Assembly (NCBI GenBank): GCA_016197205.1
Contig: JACPWG010000133.1
Location: forward strand, 2,777 to 66,776
Direction: 5' to 3'
From: Planctomycetota bacterium
GTDB lineage: Bacteria > Planctomycetota > MHYJ01 > WSZJ01 > JACPWG01
Length of the DNA stretch: 64,000 bases
The notes below the pieces were generated by a model, which was given only the letters and a program-made list of their open reading frames with translations, did not search any database and was not told where the DNA came from. Shown here one piece after another: positions 26,085 through 34,062 of the stretch. How positions within the stretch are numbered: the stretch's first letter is position 1; each line of letters begins with the position of its first letter. The position numbers and the translations under genes are program-made.

Positions 26085-27235
26085 GCGGGCTCTCCGCTCA
26101 TGCGATGGGTGGGGACGGGTCGCCCGGGCCGGAAGCACTCCTGGTGCTCGACCGTCACCCGGAGGCCGCGTGCTGCGCGTCCCAGCTCCGCCAAGGCCGC
26201 CTCGGTCACGACGCTCAGAAACTCAGGCTCGGCCTCGGCGCGCAGGTTGAGCACGAGGACGCCGCGGTCCACGCGATCGAAGAGCGACTCCCGAAGGTCG
26301 GGCTCGGCGTCGCTCCGAACCAAGCTGACGGCGGCGAGCGTTCCGGCTGCATCCTCGGCGTCGAGCGTCAGTTTGAGGTGCGCGATTTCGACAGCGCGCG
26401 CCGCGATCCGGTCGCGGAGGTCGCGTGCGAGGCGAAGCAGGGTCTCGTTCGCGTCGAACGGCTCCGCGCTCTCGATGCGCACCGTAGCGTTCAGCCAGCC
26501 GAGGAGCGCCTCGCCCTCGGCGTACTGGTCATAGTCCAACTCGAGGTCGGCGTCCCGGCGCGGCTGCGACTCGAGGACGAACGAGAACCAGGGCTCGAGT
26601 CCGGCGCCGTCCAGCGCGGAGGCGACGAAGACCTCGGCCCGCGGAAAGTGCTCGCGGATCGCGGACACGAGGCTGTCCCGGAGCGGCGCGGCGAGCTGGT
26701 CGCTCTTGTTGACCACGATGGCGTCCGCTTCCTCGAGCTGCTTCCTGTAGACGTACACGACCTTTTCGGAGAAGGCGCGGCCGGTCTGCTCCAGCCCCAG
26801 GACGCGGGCCGCGCGCTGCGGGTCGACCAGGACGCTGAGGGGGGCGATGTCGAACCGGTCGCCGTAGATCCGCCGCAACGGATAGGAAACGGTGGCGACG
26901 AGGTCGGTGCAGCTTCCGACCGGCTCCGCCACGAAGACGTCGGGCCGGCTTTCGAGCGTGAGCTTGCGGGCCGCATCGAGGAGGGAGTTGAACCGGCAGC
27001 AGAAGCAACCGCCGGCGATCTCCTCGACGCGGAAGCCCTTGGCGCGGAGGAGGGCGGTGTCCACGAGGCCGCGGCTCTGGTCGTTGGAGATGAGGCCGAC
27101 GCGCCGCCCCCGGTCGGTCAGGAACCGCGCGAGCCGGGCGACCGCGGTGGTCTTGCCGGCCCCGAGGAATCCGCCGACCATGAGGTAGCGTGCGCGCGTC
27201 CCGTCCGGTGCATGCGCCTGTGCCGGTTGCGTCAT
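26081..27235 (-). CDS. CobW/COG0523-type G3E P-loop GTPase (metallochaperone family)
   Basis: 384 aa. Walker A GGFLGAGKTT, GGCFCC metal motif, NKSD specificity motif, and a CobW_C-like C-terminal domain. Confidence 0.85.
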   Translation of the reverse strand: MTQPAQAHAPDGTRARYLMVGGFLGAGKTTAVARLARFLTDRGRRVGLISNDQSRGLVDTALLRAKGFRVEEIAGGCFCCRFNSLLDAARKLTLESRPDVFVAEPVGSCTDLVATVSYPLRRIYGDRFDIAPLSVLVDPQRAARVLGLEQTGRAFSEKVVYVYRKQLEEADAIVVNKSDQLAAPLRDSLVSAIREHFPRAEVFVASALDGAGLEPWFSFVLESQPRRDADLELDYDQYAEGEALLGWLNATVRIESAEPFDANETLLRLARDLRDRIAARAVEIAHLKLTLDAEDAAGTLAAVSLVRSDAEPDLRESLFDRVDRGVLVLNLRAEAEPEFLSVVTEAALAELGRAARGLRVTVEHQECFRPGRPVPTHRMSGEPA

Positions 27236-27265
27236 GCCGAGTGACCAGAATGCAGGCGGCGAGCC

Positions 27266-27667
27266 TTGAGGAAGAAGCTTGGGAGTCGTCGCCCTCGGCG
27301 ACGGCGGCACATGATAACAGCCGTTGGCGTCCGGCTCAAGGGGCATTCCGAGCGCGGGCGCGCGGAGACCGGCCGGCTCGACGGTCGCGTCCTCACGGGC
27401 CCGGAGGACACGCTCTGCGTGCTGGAGGTCGCGGACAGCTCCCTCGGGTACGATCGCACGCGAAAGCTTGAAGTCTATGCCCGCGCAGGCACCCCTCAGT
27501 ACGTCATCGTCAATCTCGTCGACAACCGGCTGGAGATCTTCGAAGAGCCCGTCCCCGCGGAAGGCCGGTATGGGCGTACCCTGAGTCTCGAACCCGAGGC
27601 GTCCCTCTCGCTCCATGTCGGCGCGGGCAACCACCTCGAGCTTTCCGTGCGAGCCATCCTGCCGTGA
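27266..27667 (+). pseudogene. Uma2/DUF820 endonuclease remnant (C-terminal part only)
   Basis: LCVLEVADSSLGYDRTRKLEVYARAGTPQYVIVNLVDNRLEIF matches the Uma2 C-terminal core. The N-terminal ~100 aa of the family are absent and replaced by Arg-rich junk. Confidence 0.5.
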
Positions 27668-27988
27668 AACGGCCCCGGCACTTCCGGGAAAGTGACGCGC
27701 GAACCGCGCGACTCGACCACCACAGCCCGAAGAAGGCATGGATCCGCGACAGGCGACTCTGCTCCGGGTCGCTCCGCCTCCGCGTGGTCGCTTCCTTCGC
27801 GCGGTAGCGCTCCGACCTCACCCGGCTCACACGCTCCACAACGCTCGGCTGCGTGCGCAAGAACTCGTGGACCTGCGCCTTCCCGATCACGACCCGTTCG
27901 CTCTCCTCCGGTCCACCGCAGCGCGACAGGTGGGCAGCCGCGGCCTGCCCGAGGAGACTGCCGCCTCTCGACAGGCCGGTACGGCGGG

Positions 27989-28453
27989 TCAGGCGCCGGC
28001 CGGGTCGTGCCGCTTCCCGATCATCTTGTCGATGGTCGCGTCCAGGACCGCGACGTAGCCGTCCATGTCGAGACAGCCCGCGCCCGGGCTGCCGCGGACC
28101 GCGTACAGCCACCCGCGTTCGTAGGGGTCGGTCTGCACGAGCTTGATCGCGGAGTCGAGCGCGGGGTTGCCGCCTTCGAAAAGCCCGGCCAGCGGCGCGA
28201 ACAGGTCGGTCACCGCCTTGAAGCCCTCGCTCCAGCCGAGGATCTGCCCGGTCTCGAGCCGCGCCCCGGGCTTCACCTCGAACCCGACCTCGACGACCTC
28301 GCCGAGCATCCGGGTGGCGAACCGGGTGAAGCCGACGCGCCAGAGGTCCCCGTCCACGCGCCGCAGCCAGTGGTGTCCGGCCGTATAGAGGCGGTCCCCG
28401 GTGAGGCGGGTGGAGAAGCGCGAGCGCTTGTAGTGGAGTGCCTCGGCGCCCAT
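27989..28453 (-). CDS. Glycine-cleavage H-protein-like lipoyl-carrier family protein
   Basis: 154 aa. YTAGHHWLR...WRVGFTRFATRMLGEVVEV...GWSEGFKAVTDLFAPLAG...DPYERGWLY follows the GcvH pattern, including the candidate lipoyl Lys. Confidence 0.8.
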   Translation of the reverse strand: MGAEALHYKRSRFSTRLTGDRLYTAGHHWLRRVDGDLWRVGFTRFATRMLGEVVEVGFEVKPGARLETGQILGWSEGFKAVTDLFAPLAGLFEGGNPALDSAIKLVQTDPYERGWLYAVRGSPGAGCLDMDGYVAVLDATIDKMIGKRHDPAGA

Positions 28454-28798
28454 CGTTTTCCTGATCGGAATCGGCTCGGGGGAAACTCGTCGGCTGTGAA
28501 CGGCCCGACTGCGCGGCACGTTTCGCGGCGCACGCGGGGCCGAGTGCATGCACGGGGTCGCGCCGCAAGGACCGCACGCCGCATCGGCGCCCACATGATA
28601 ACAGCCGGCGTGCTCGCTCTCCAAGGGCATTCCCGGCACGCGGCGTTTTGGGTTCGGTCTTGCTCCCGGCCGTCAAAGGGAATAGAATCGCCGTCACGGT
28701 TCACCGGGGAGGCACGGAGGAAAGGATGCCTCGCGGATGACTTTCGACCGCTTTACGAGCACACGGTCCTCCGAGAGCAAGGGTGTCGGCTCTTTTTC

Positions 28799-28863
28799 TG
28801 ACAGGATCACAGGATCAACGGGATACGGCATCGGAAGATCCTGTTGATCCTGTTATCCTGTCA
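28799..28863. repeat. Hairpin with AGGATCA heptamer arms
   Basis: TGACAGGATCACAGGATCAACGGGAT ... GATCCTGTTGATCCTGTTATCCTGTCA. T-run on the 5' side and A-run on the 3' side. Confidence 0.8.
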
Positions 28864-29056
28864 AAAAAAAGAGTTGCAAGCTTCTTGAATCGGGGTGTCA
28901 GTCGGTCCGTGCCTCCTCCGGAACTTCGTGCCTCCATGGTGATACGCACCTTCCCATGAACGGCTACGAATCGCCAAAGCGATCCGAGCAGGTCGGGCCC
29001 TGGCGCGACGTCACTCGGCAGCGGCGGAACCGGATCCCGCACTTCTCCATGCCAGG

Positions 29057-29293
29057 TTGTGGACGGAAACCATCGTGGGCCAGGCTTCGCTGTGCATGAG
29101 CGTCGTGGTCTCCTCCATCGGCGCCGGCGTCTGCCTGTATGGTCGGCGGCAACGCCGCGGTCTCCACCTCCTGGTCGGCTTCGTGCTCTGTTTCTACCCC
29201 TACTTCGTGGAAAGCGCGCCGGCGATGGGGCTCATCGGAGCCGGGCTTTTGGGCATTCTCTGGCTGGGCCCGCGCCTGGGCGTTGACTTTTAG
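29057..29293 (+). CDS. Small two-TM membrane protein
   Basis: 78-aa ORF with two hydrophobic spans. Start uncertain (TTG 29057, GTG 29075 or ATG 29096). Confidence 0.45.
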   Translation: MWTETIVGQASLCMSVVVSSIGAGVCLYGRRQRRGLHLLVGFVLCFYPYFVESAPAMGLIGAGLLGILWLGPRLGVDF

Positions 29294-29533
29294 GCGCATC
29301 CGGCGGAGCCCCGCGAGTGCGGGCACTCGAGCGCGGCGGCACCCGCGGCCGGAGGCGTCACGCTCGGCGAGCACCGGGCGAACGACCGGCAGCCCCGCTT
29401 TCGCTCGAAGCATCGGTATTCTCCGCCGCGCCCCCGGGAGCTCGCTTCACCCAGGACGGTCTCACTGCTTCGCGCGCGCGGCCGGCCGGCCGCCACCGTC
29501 TCTCTCCACCTCCGCCATCGAACGGGTCTCCTC

Positions 29534-30520
29534 GTGCTCTTCACGCCGGGCCAGGCCATCCCCACGCTCCTCTTCGTCACGCTGGTGGGCACCGTCTTCG
29601 TGCTTCAGTTCGGCGCATGGGGAAGTGCCCTCACACGCCGGCTCCTTCGGCTTCCAGCCCCGCCGCCGCCCCCACGCTGGGTCGTTGTCCTCGGCCGGGT
29701 GCGACGGCCGCTGTTCTGGGTCGGAACGGTCTGCATCCTCTACGGTTGGCTCGTGGAGCCACGGTGGGTGCAGGTCACGCACCACGAGGTCGCGATCCGC
29801 GGAGCCGACGCGGCGACCGACCCTCGACTCCGTATCTTCCACCTCAGCGACCTCCACTGCGAGGCGAAGCGTGGCCCCTGGGCGGAGGCGGTGGTCGCCG
29901 CGGCGCGCGAGGCCGCGCCCGATCTGGCTGTCCTCACGGGCGACTATCTGAATGTCGTGAACGTCACGCCCACCGCGGGCAGCCTCCCCGGCATCGTGGA
30001 TGACCTGCTGCGAGCGCTCCCGCCGTCCACACCGGTCCTCGCGGTCCGCGGGAATTTCGACATTTGGGGTCGCGCTCTCGAAGTTCTCCGCGAACGTGGC
30101 ATTCGCGTGCTCGACAACGACGTCGAGGCGCTCACCCTGCGCGGGGTACCGGTCGACGTGGCGGGGCTCCGCGTGTTCGATGAGGCAAAGCCGCTTGCGC
30201 TCGCCGCGCGCTTCCGGCCGGGCGCGTTGACGGTCTTCCTCCACCACATGCCCGACTTTCTCCCGGAGGCGGCGGAGACCGGGGCGGATCTCTACCTGTG
30301 CGGACACACGCACGGAGGACAGGTTCGCCTCCCTCTCTACGGGGCGCTGCTCACGCTCTCGCGGTACGGCAAACGGTTCGAGATGGGGGAATACCGGGTG
30401 GGCGGGACCTGGGCCTACGTGAACCGCGGCCTCGGGCTGGAGCCCTGGCCCGCGCCCCAGGTGCGCTTCCTTTGCCGCCCCGAAGTCGCGATCATCGACG
30501 TCCTCGTGAAGCGACCGTAG
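29534..30520 (+). CDS. Membrane-anchored metallophosphoesterase (YaeI-like)
   Basis: N-terminal TM segments. LSDLH, TGDY, RGNFD and CGHTHGGQ calcineurin-like motifs. Confidence 0.85.
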   Translation: MLFTPGQAIPTLLFVTLVGTVFVLQFGAWGSALTRRLLRLPAPPPPPRWVVVLGRVRRPLFWVGTVCILYGWLVEPRWVQVTHHEVAIRGADAATDPRLRIFHLSDLHCEAKRGPWAEAVVAAAREAAPDLAVLTGDYLNVVNVTPTAGSLPGIVDDLLRALPPSTPVLAVRGNFDIWGRALEVLRERGIRVLDNDVEALTLRGVPVDVAGLRVFDEAKPLALAARFRPGALTVFLHHMPDFLPEAAETGADLYLCGHTHGGQVRLPLYGALLTLSRYGKRFEMGEYRVGGTWAYVNRGLGLEPWPAPQVRFLCRPEVAIIDVLVKRP

Positions 30521-30554
30521 CCGGGACGGAACCGTTCAGCGGTAGGCGCGTTTC

Positions 30555-30650
30555 ACCACGGAGGCACGGAGACACGGAGGATACACGGAGAGAACGGGGA
30601 ACCGAAAGAAAGCCCTCCGTGAAGTCTCCGTGCCTCCGTGTCTCCGTGGT
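30555..30650. repeat. Hairpin with CACGGAG-type heptamer arms
   Basis: ACCACGGAGGCACGGAGACACGGAGG ... CTCCGTGCCTCCGTGTCTCCGTGGT. Related words occur at 3725-3750, 17205-17230 and 20535-20560. Confidence 0.8.
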
Positions 30651-31147
30651 AAGATGGCCCTGCCAGGGAACGGTTACGCCGGGACGACCGTACCGCGCAG
30701 GAGGCTCTCGCGACAGCCCGGGCACTTCCAATGTAGGTCGCCGTTCGGGTGCAGGGCGGAAGCCCCGCCCTTTCAAGGTGGCTGGAACCACTCAACCGTT
30801 GCGGAGCGGGGCATAGGACGCTCGAGCGCCTGAGGTCGTGCACTTCCCAGTGTTTTTCTCACCCGACCACGAGGTCGACTCAGGTTGCAGAGTCAAGTGA
30901 GTAGGCAACCTACGGCCGGCCGAGGGGCGGAACAGCCCCCTTTGAAAGGGCAGGGCGTAAGCCCTGCACCACAATCGCCGAAGGGAGCCGGCCGAGAGTC
31001 GGCGGTCTTGCATCCATCTTTTCGCCGGGCTTCTGCACTCCACCGTCGGCTCGAGGGGTCTGGAGTTTCGCGGATCGCGAACAGCCTCCCCACCGGACAC
31101 GCTGGTTCTCTTGCACTCGCCGCACCCGCCTCTTCCTGTCAGCGCCC

Positions 31148-31176
31148 TTGACACCACGCGCCACCGCTGGTATCCT
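31148..31176 (+). promoter_or_regulatory. Candidate promoter TTGACA-N17-TATCCT
   Basis: Located 67 nt upstream of the 31243 ATG. Confidence 0.4.
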
Positions 31177-31242
31177 CCGCCCCCTTTGGAATCCTGCCGA
31201 GGACGCCCCGCCGGGGCGCCAGGCTCATCGGTTGCGCGGAGG

Positions 31243-33183
31243 ATGGAGTCGATGCGAGGAATGCGGAGCGTCTGGTTCTGGCTCATACCGGTCTGTCTGG
31301 TCGTCGACGCGGCGGCGACCGCGCGCCCGGCCGCGGCTCAGGAGCTCGCGGGCATCTACGCCGTCAGCGGCACCGAGGCCGGAAAGGGCGCCTACGCCGG
31401 CACGGCCGAGCTGCGCTGGACCGGCGCGAGCTACGCCTTCGTCCGCACGATCACCTACTCGACCTATCTCTTCCAGGGCTTCAAGGTCGCCGCCGCCTGG
31501 GAAGGCAGTGCCTCCGGAGGCGCCACCGCGCCCGGCCTGACGGTGACCGTCCCGCTCCGCCGCATGGGCTGGATCACCGCGGCCGCGGGCATCACCCGCA
31601 CCGCGGCCGACGCGACGCCCGACATCGTCACCGGCCACTTCAGCGGTTCGCCCCTCGCCGGCTCCTTCGGCGGTCCGGGCCTCTCCGCGACCGAGACCTG
31701 GAGCTACGTCTCGGCCCCGGGCCCCGCGCCCCACTTCGCCCAGGACGTCACCCGCACGCCCCTCCACGGCGACCTGCCCTCGTCGGTCAAAGCCGCGCTC
31801 TTCGCGCTCTACCACTCCTACCACACGCTCTCGGCGATCGCGCCCTACCTCTCGCGACCCGAGTTCCAGGCGGCCATCCACTACAACGTCATCGATCACA
31901 CCGATTTCGCCTTCCTCCGCTCCCATCCCGACACGATCCGCGTGCTCGACGCCGTGCTCGATCCGATCAACCTGCTCGAGGCCCGGGTCCGCTCCGACGC
32001 CTACCGCGACACGCTCGCGGCGAAGGCCGCGGCGCTTGACGCCGAGGCGCCCTCCTACGTGAATGCGCTCGGCGTGCTCGCCGAATGGAAGACGATGTCG
32101 ACCGGCGCGCTCGACGGTCTCGGGGACGCCGCGCTCTGGGGCGGCTGCTACATCGCCAGCCAGGCCTGCCGCTACTTGGTCACCGGCGACCCCGCGGCCC
32201 TCGCCAACGTGGAGCATGGCCTCGACGGCCACCTGCTCCTCGTCGACATCCCCGGCGTCCCCGGCGTGTTCGCCCGCGCCGCCAAGCCGGCCGACGGGCC
32301 GCTCACCGGCACCTGGCTCGCCGGGACCGGCGCCTTCGCGGGCATCCACTGGCTCCCGCGACACAACAACGACATGCTGAAGGGCCTCATGTACGGCTTC
32401 CTGTGGGCCTACGAGGCGCTCCCCGCCGGCCACCCGAAACGCGAGGCGATCCGCACGCGCGTCCGCACGATGTGCGCCCACTCCGACCTGGTCCGGGACG
32501 GCGAGATGAACGAGGCGCTCTGGAATCGCATGGCGGCCTACATGACCGGCGAGGCGAGCTTCCACGACCGCTACCGCGCGCTGATGCGCAAGCCGAAGAA
32601 TTTCGCCTGGGTGCTCGCGGGGAACGGCGCGATGGGCGACCCGTCGATCGCCGACTGGAGCGGCAACCACCTCCACACGGTGCACCAGATCACGATCGGC
32701 CTGCTCGCGGGCAAGCCGCCGCTCGACCCGTATGCCGGCATCCATCGGCTGGGCTTCCGCAACGCCTGGCTGCGCGTGCGCCGCGACCGCCCCGCGCTCC
32801 TCACGCTCGCCTACAAGGGCCTCGGCGGCTTCACGGTCAAGCCCGACGACGCGAGCTGGTTCGAGGACGCCCGGTGGTTCCTGCGGGAGATGCCGGAGGT
32901 GCGGGCGAGCTACCCCGTGGACCACACGCTGCGCGGCGACTGGTGCTACAGCCCCTTCCCCTCCCTGCCGTGGAAGGGGGACTGGATGACCAACGAAGGG
33001 CGGCGCGAAGGTCTCTTCGCCTACTCCCCCTTCCAGCGCCCGGTGTCCGGCTATGAATGGAAGGACGCGCCCATCCGCTACCGAGGCGGCGGCGCCGGCG
33101 ACGCGATGCACAACCACGGCGTGGACTATCTGCACGCCTATTGGCTCGGCCGCAAGCTCGGCGTGATCGCGCCTACGGAGTAG
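31243..33183 (+). CDS. Secreted hypothetical protein (~645 aa), possibly alpha/alpha-toroid fold
   Basis: Signal peptide MRSVWFWLIPVCLVVDAAATARPAAAQ. High GC3 throughout. I recognise no motif. Confidence 0.75.
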   Translation: MESMRGMRSVWFWLIPVCLVVDAAATARPAAAQELAGIYAVSGTEAGKGAYAGTAELRWTGASYAFVRTITYSTYLFQGFKVAAAWEGSASGGATAPGLTVTVPLRRMGWITAAAGITRTAADATPDIVTGHFSGSPLAGSFGGPGLSATETWSYVSAPGPAPHFAQDVTRTPLHGDLPSSVKAALFALYHSYHTLSAIAPYLSRPEFQAAIHYNVIDHTDFAFLRSHPDTIRVLDAVLDPINLLEARVRSDAYRDTLAAKAAALDAEAPSYVNALGVLAEWKTMSTGALDGLGDAALWGGCYIASQACRYLVTGDPAALANVEHGLDGHLLLVDIPGVPGVFARAAKPADGPLTGTWLAGTGAFAGIHWLPRHNNDMLKGLMYGFLWAYEALPAGHPKREAIRTRVRTMCAHSDLVRDGEMNEALWNRMAAYMTGEASFHDRYRALMRKPKNFAWVLAGNGAMGDPSIADWSGNHLHTVHQITIGLLAGKPPLDPYAGIHRLGFRNAWLRVRRDRPALLTLAYKGLGGFTVKPDDASWFEDARWFLREMPEVRASYPVDHTLRGDWCYSPFPSLPWKGDWMTNEGRREGLFAYSPFQRPVSGYEWKDAPIRYRGGGAGDAMHNHGVDYLHAYWLGRKLGVIAPTE

Positions 33184-33272
33184 ACGGGCACGGCGGCCCT
33201 CGCCGGCATTCGAGTCGCGCGGACGACTGGAGTACCACCTTGTCCGTACAAAGCGAGCAGCCGCGGCTACGT

Positions 33273-33605
33273 TCAGGGGCGGCGGCGTTTATGGCTCCCG
33301 TGCCGATCGCCGAACGGACGCATGGCCAGTGCTACTCTGTCGAGGATGCGAGCCACTTGCCTCATGTCGCGCGACGATTCGGCGCGGCCTCCGCCCGTTT
33401 CTTGTCGCAACTCCTCCGCCTTTCGCCGCGACGCTTCCCTCACTCTCCGCCACGCCTCCACTTTTGCGATCCGCTTTTCCACTCGTGCGATCCGTGCGTC
33501 GAGCTTGCGGAGGTGCGCCTTCGTGCCCTTGTTCTCCAGCCGGACCTCCCTCAACATCGCACGTAGCGCGGTCGTCCCATCGCCCTTGCCGCGCGGTCGC
33601 GTCAT
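33273..33605 (-). CDS. Possible small coiled-coil protein
   Basis: 110-aa ORF (LRKLDARIARVEKRIAKVEAW). GC3 is visibly lower than in neighbouring genes, so coding status is doubtful. Confidence 0.3.
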   Translation of the reverse strand: MTRPRGKGDGTTALRAMLREVRLENKGTKAHLRKLDARIARVEKRIAKVEAWRRVREASRRKAEELRQETGGGRAESSRDMRQVARILDRVALAMRPFGDRHGSHKRRRP

Positions 33606-33780
33606 GGGGGAGTCTCCGTCCGGTCCTGGAGGTTCAGTCGTCTCCTGACATTCTACCGAAGCTGGGGGCACCGACACAAGCGGCGAGCTGGACTCCTTCG
33701 CATCGCTCCCTGGCGGTGGCGCGCGGGGAGGCGAGATCGAATCCCAGGACGACGAAGGGCACTCCCAGGCCGCTCCCTCA

Positions 33781-33944
33781 GTACCGCTCCACGGAAGTCG
33801 GTGACCAATAGCCGAAGGCAAGTTCGGCCGCCCGCGAGGCGCGCGAGCGAGGCGTAGTAACGGAGAACTACGGCGAGCGAGCGCAACGAAGCAGGCGGCC
33901 GAAATCGCCGAGGAAATTGGTCACCCAATTCTGTGGGGCGGTAC
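33781..33944 (+). repeat. R1 family MITE-like element, copy b
   Basis: Collinear with 2862-3025 and 58424-58587. Followed by a reversed partial REP unit. Confidence 0.8.
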
Positions 33945-34062
33945 TCAGGGTCGCGGTTCGGACTTCAATTGCCCGAGGTCGTTGGCCAGGGGGACGCGAC
34001 TCTCCAAACGACCCTGCGCTTGAGTTCAGCGAACTGAGTGACCCATCGAGGCGTCCCCTCCC

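Noticed and set aside
27266-27667. Functional Uma2-family nuclease, possibly part of a defence system
   Set aside because: Only the C-terminal ~90 aa match the family. The N-terminal half is missing and no partner genes are present, so it is most likely a remnant.
28799-28863. Rho-independent terminator
   Set aside because: The hairpin is strong, but the T-run precedes it and an A-run follows it on both reading directions, so it lacks the required 3' U-tract. It is treated as a heptamer-armed repeat instead.
31225-33135. Long antisense ORFs (this one, and also 35992-37761, 44287-46230, 46234-48237, 23576-25063, 21552-23465 and 55186-56353)
   Set aside because: Each lies opposite a gene with clear family motifs, is rich in Arg/Gly/Ala/Pro with frequent runs, and has no recognisable domain. 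These are GC-driven shadow ORFs.
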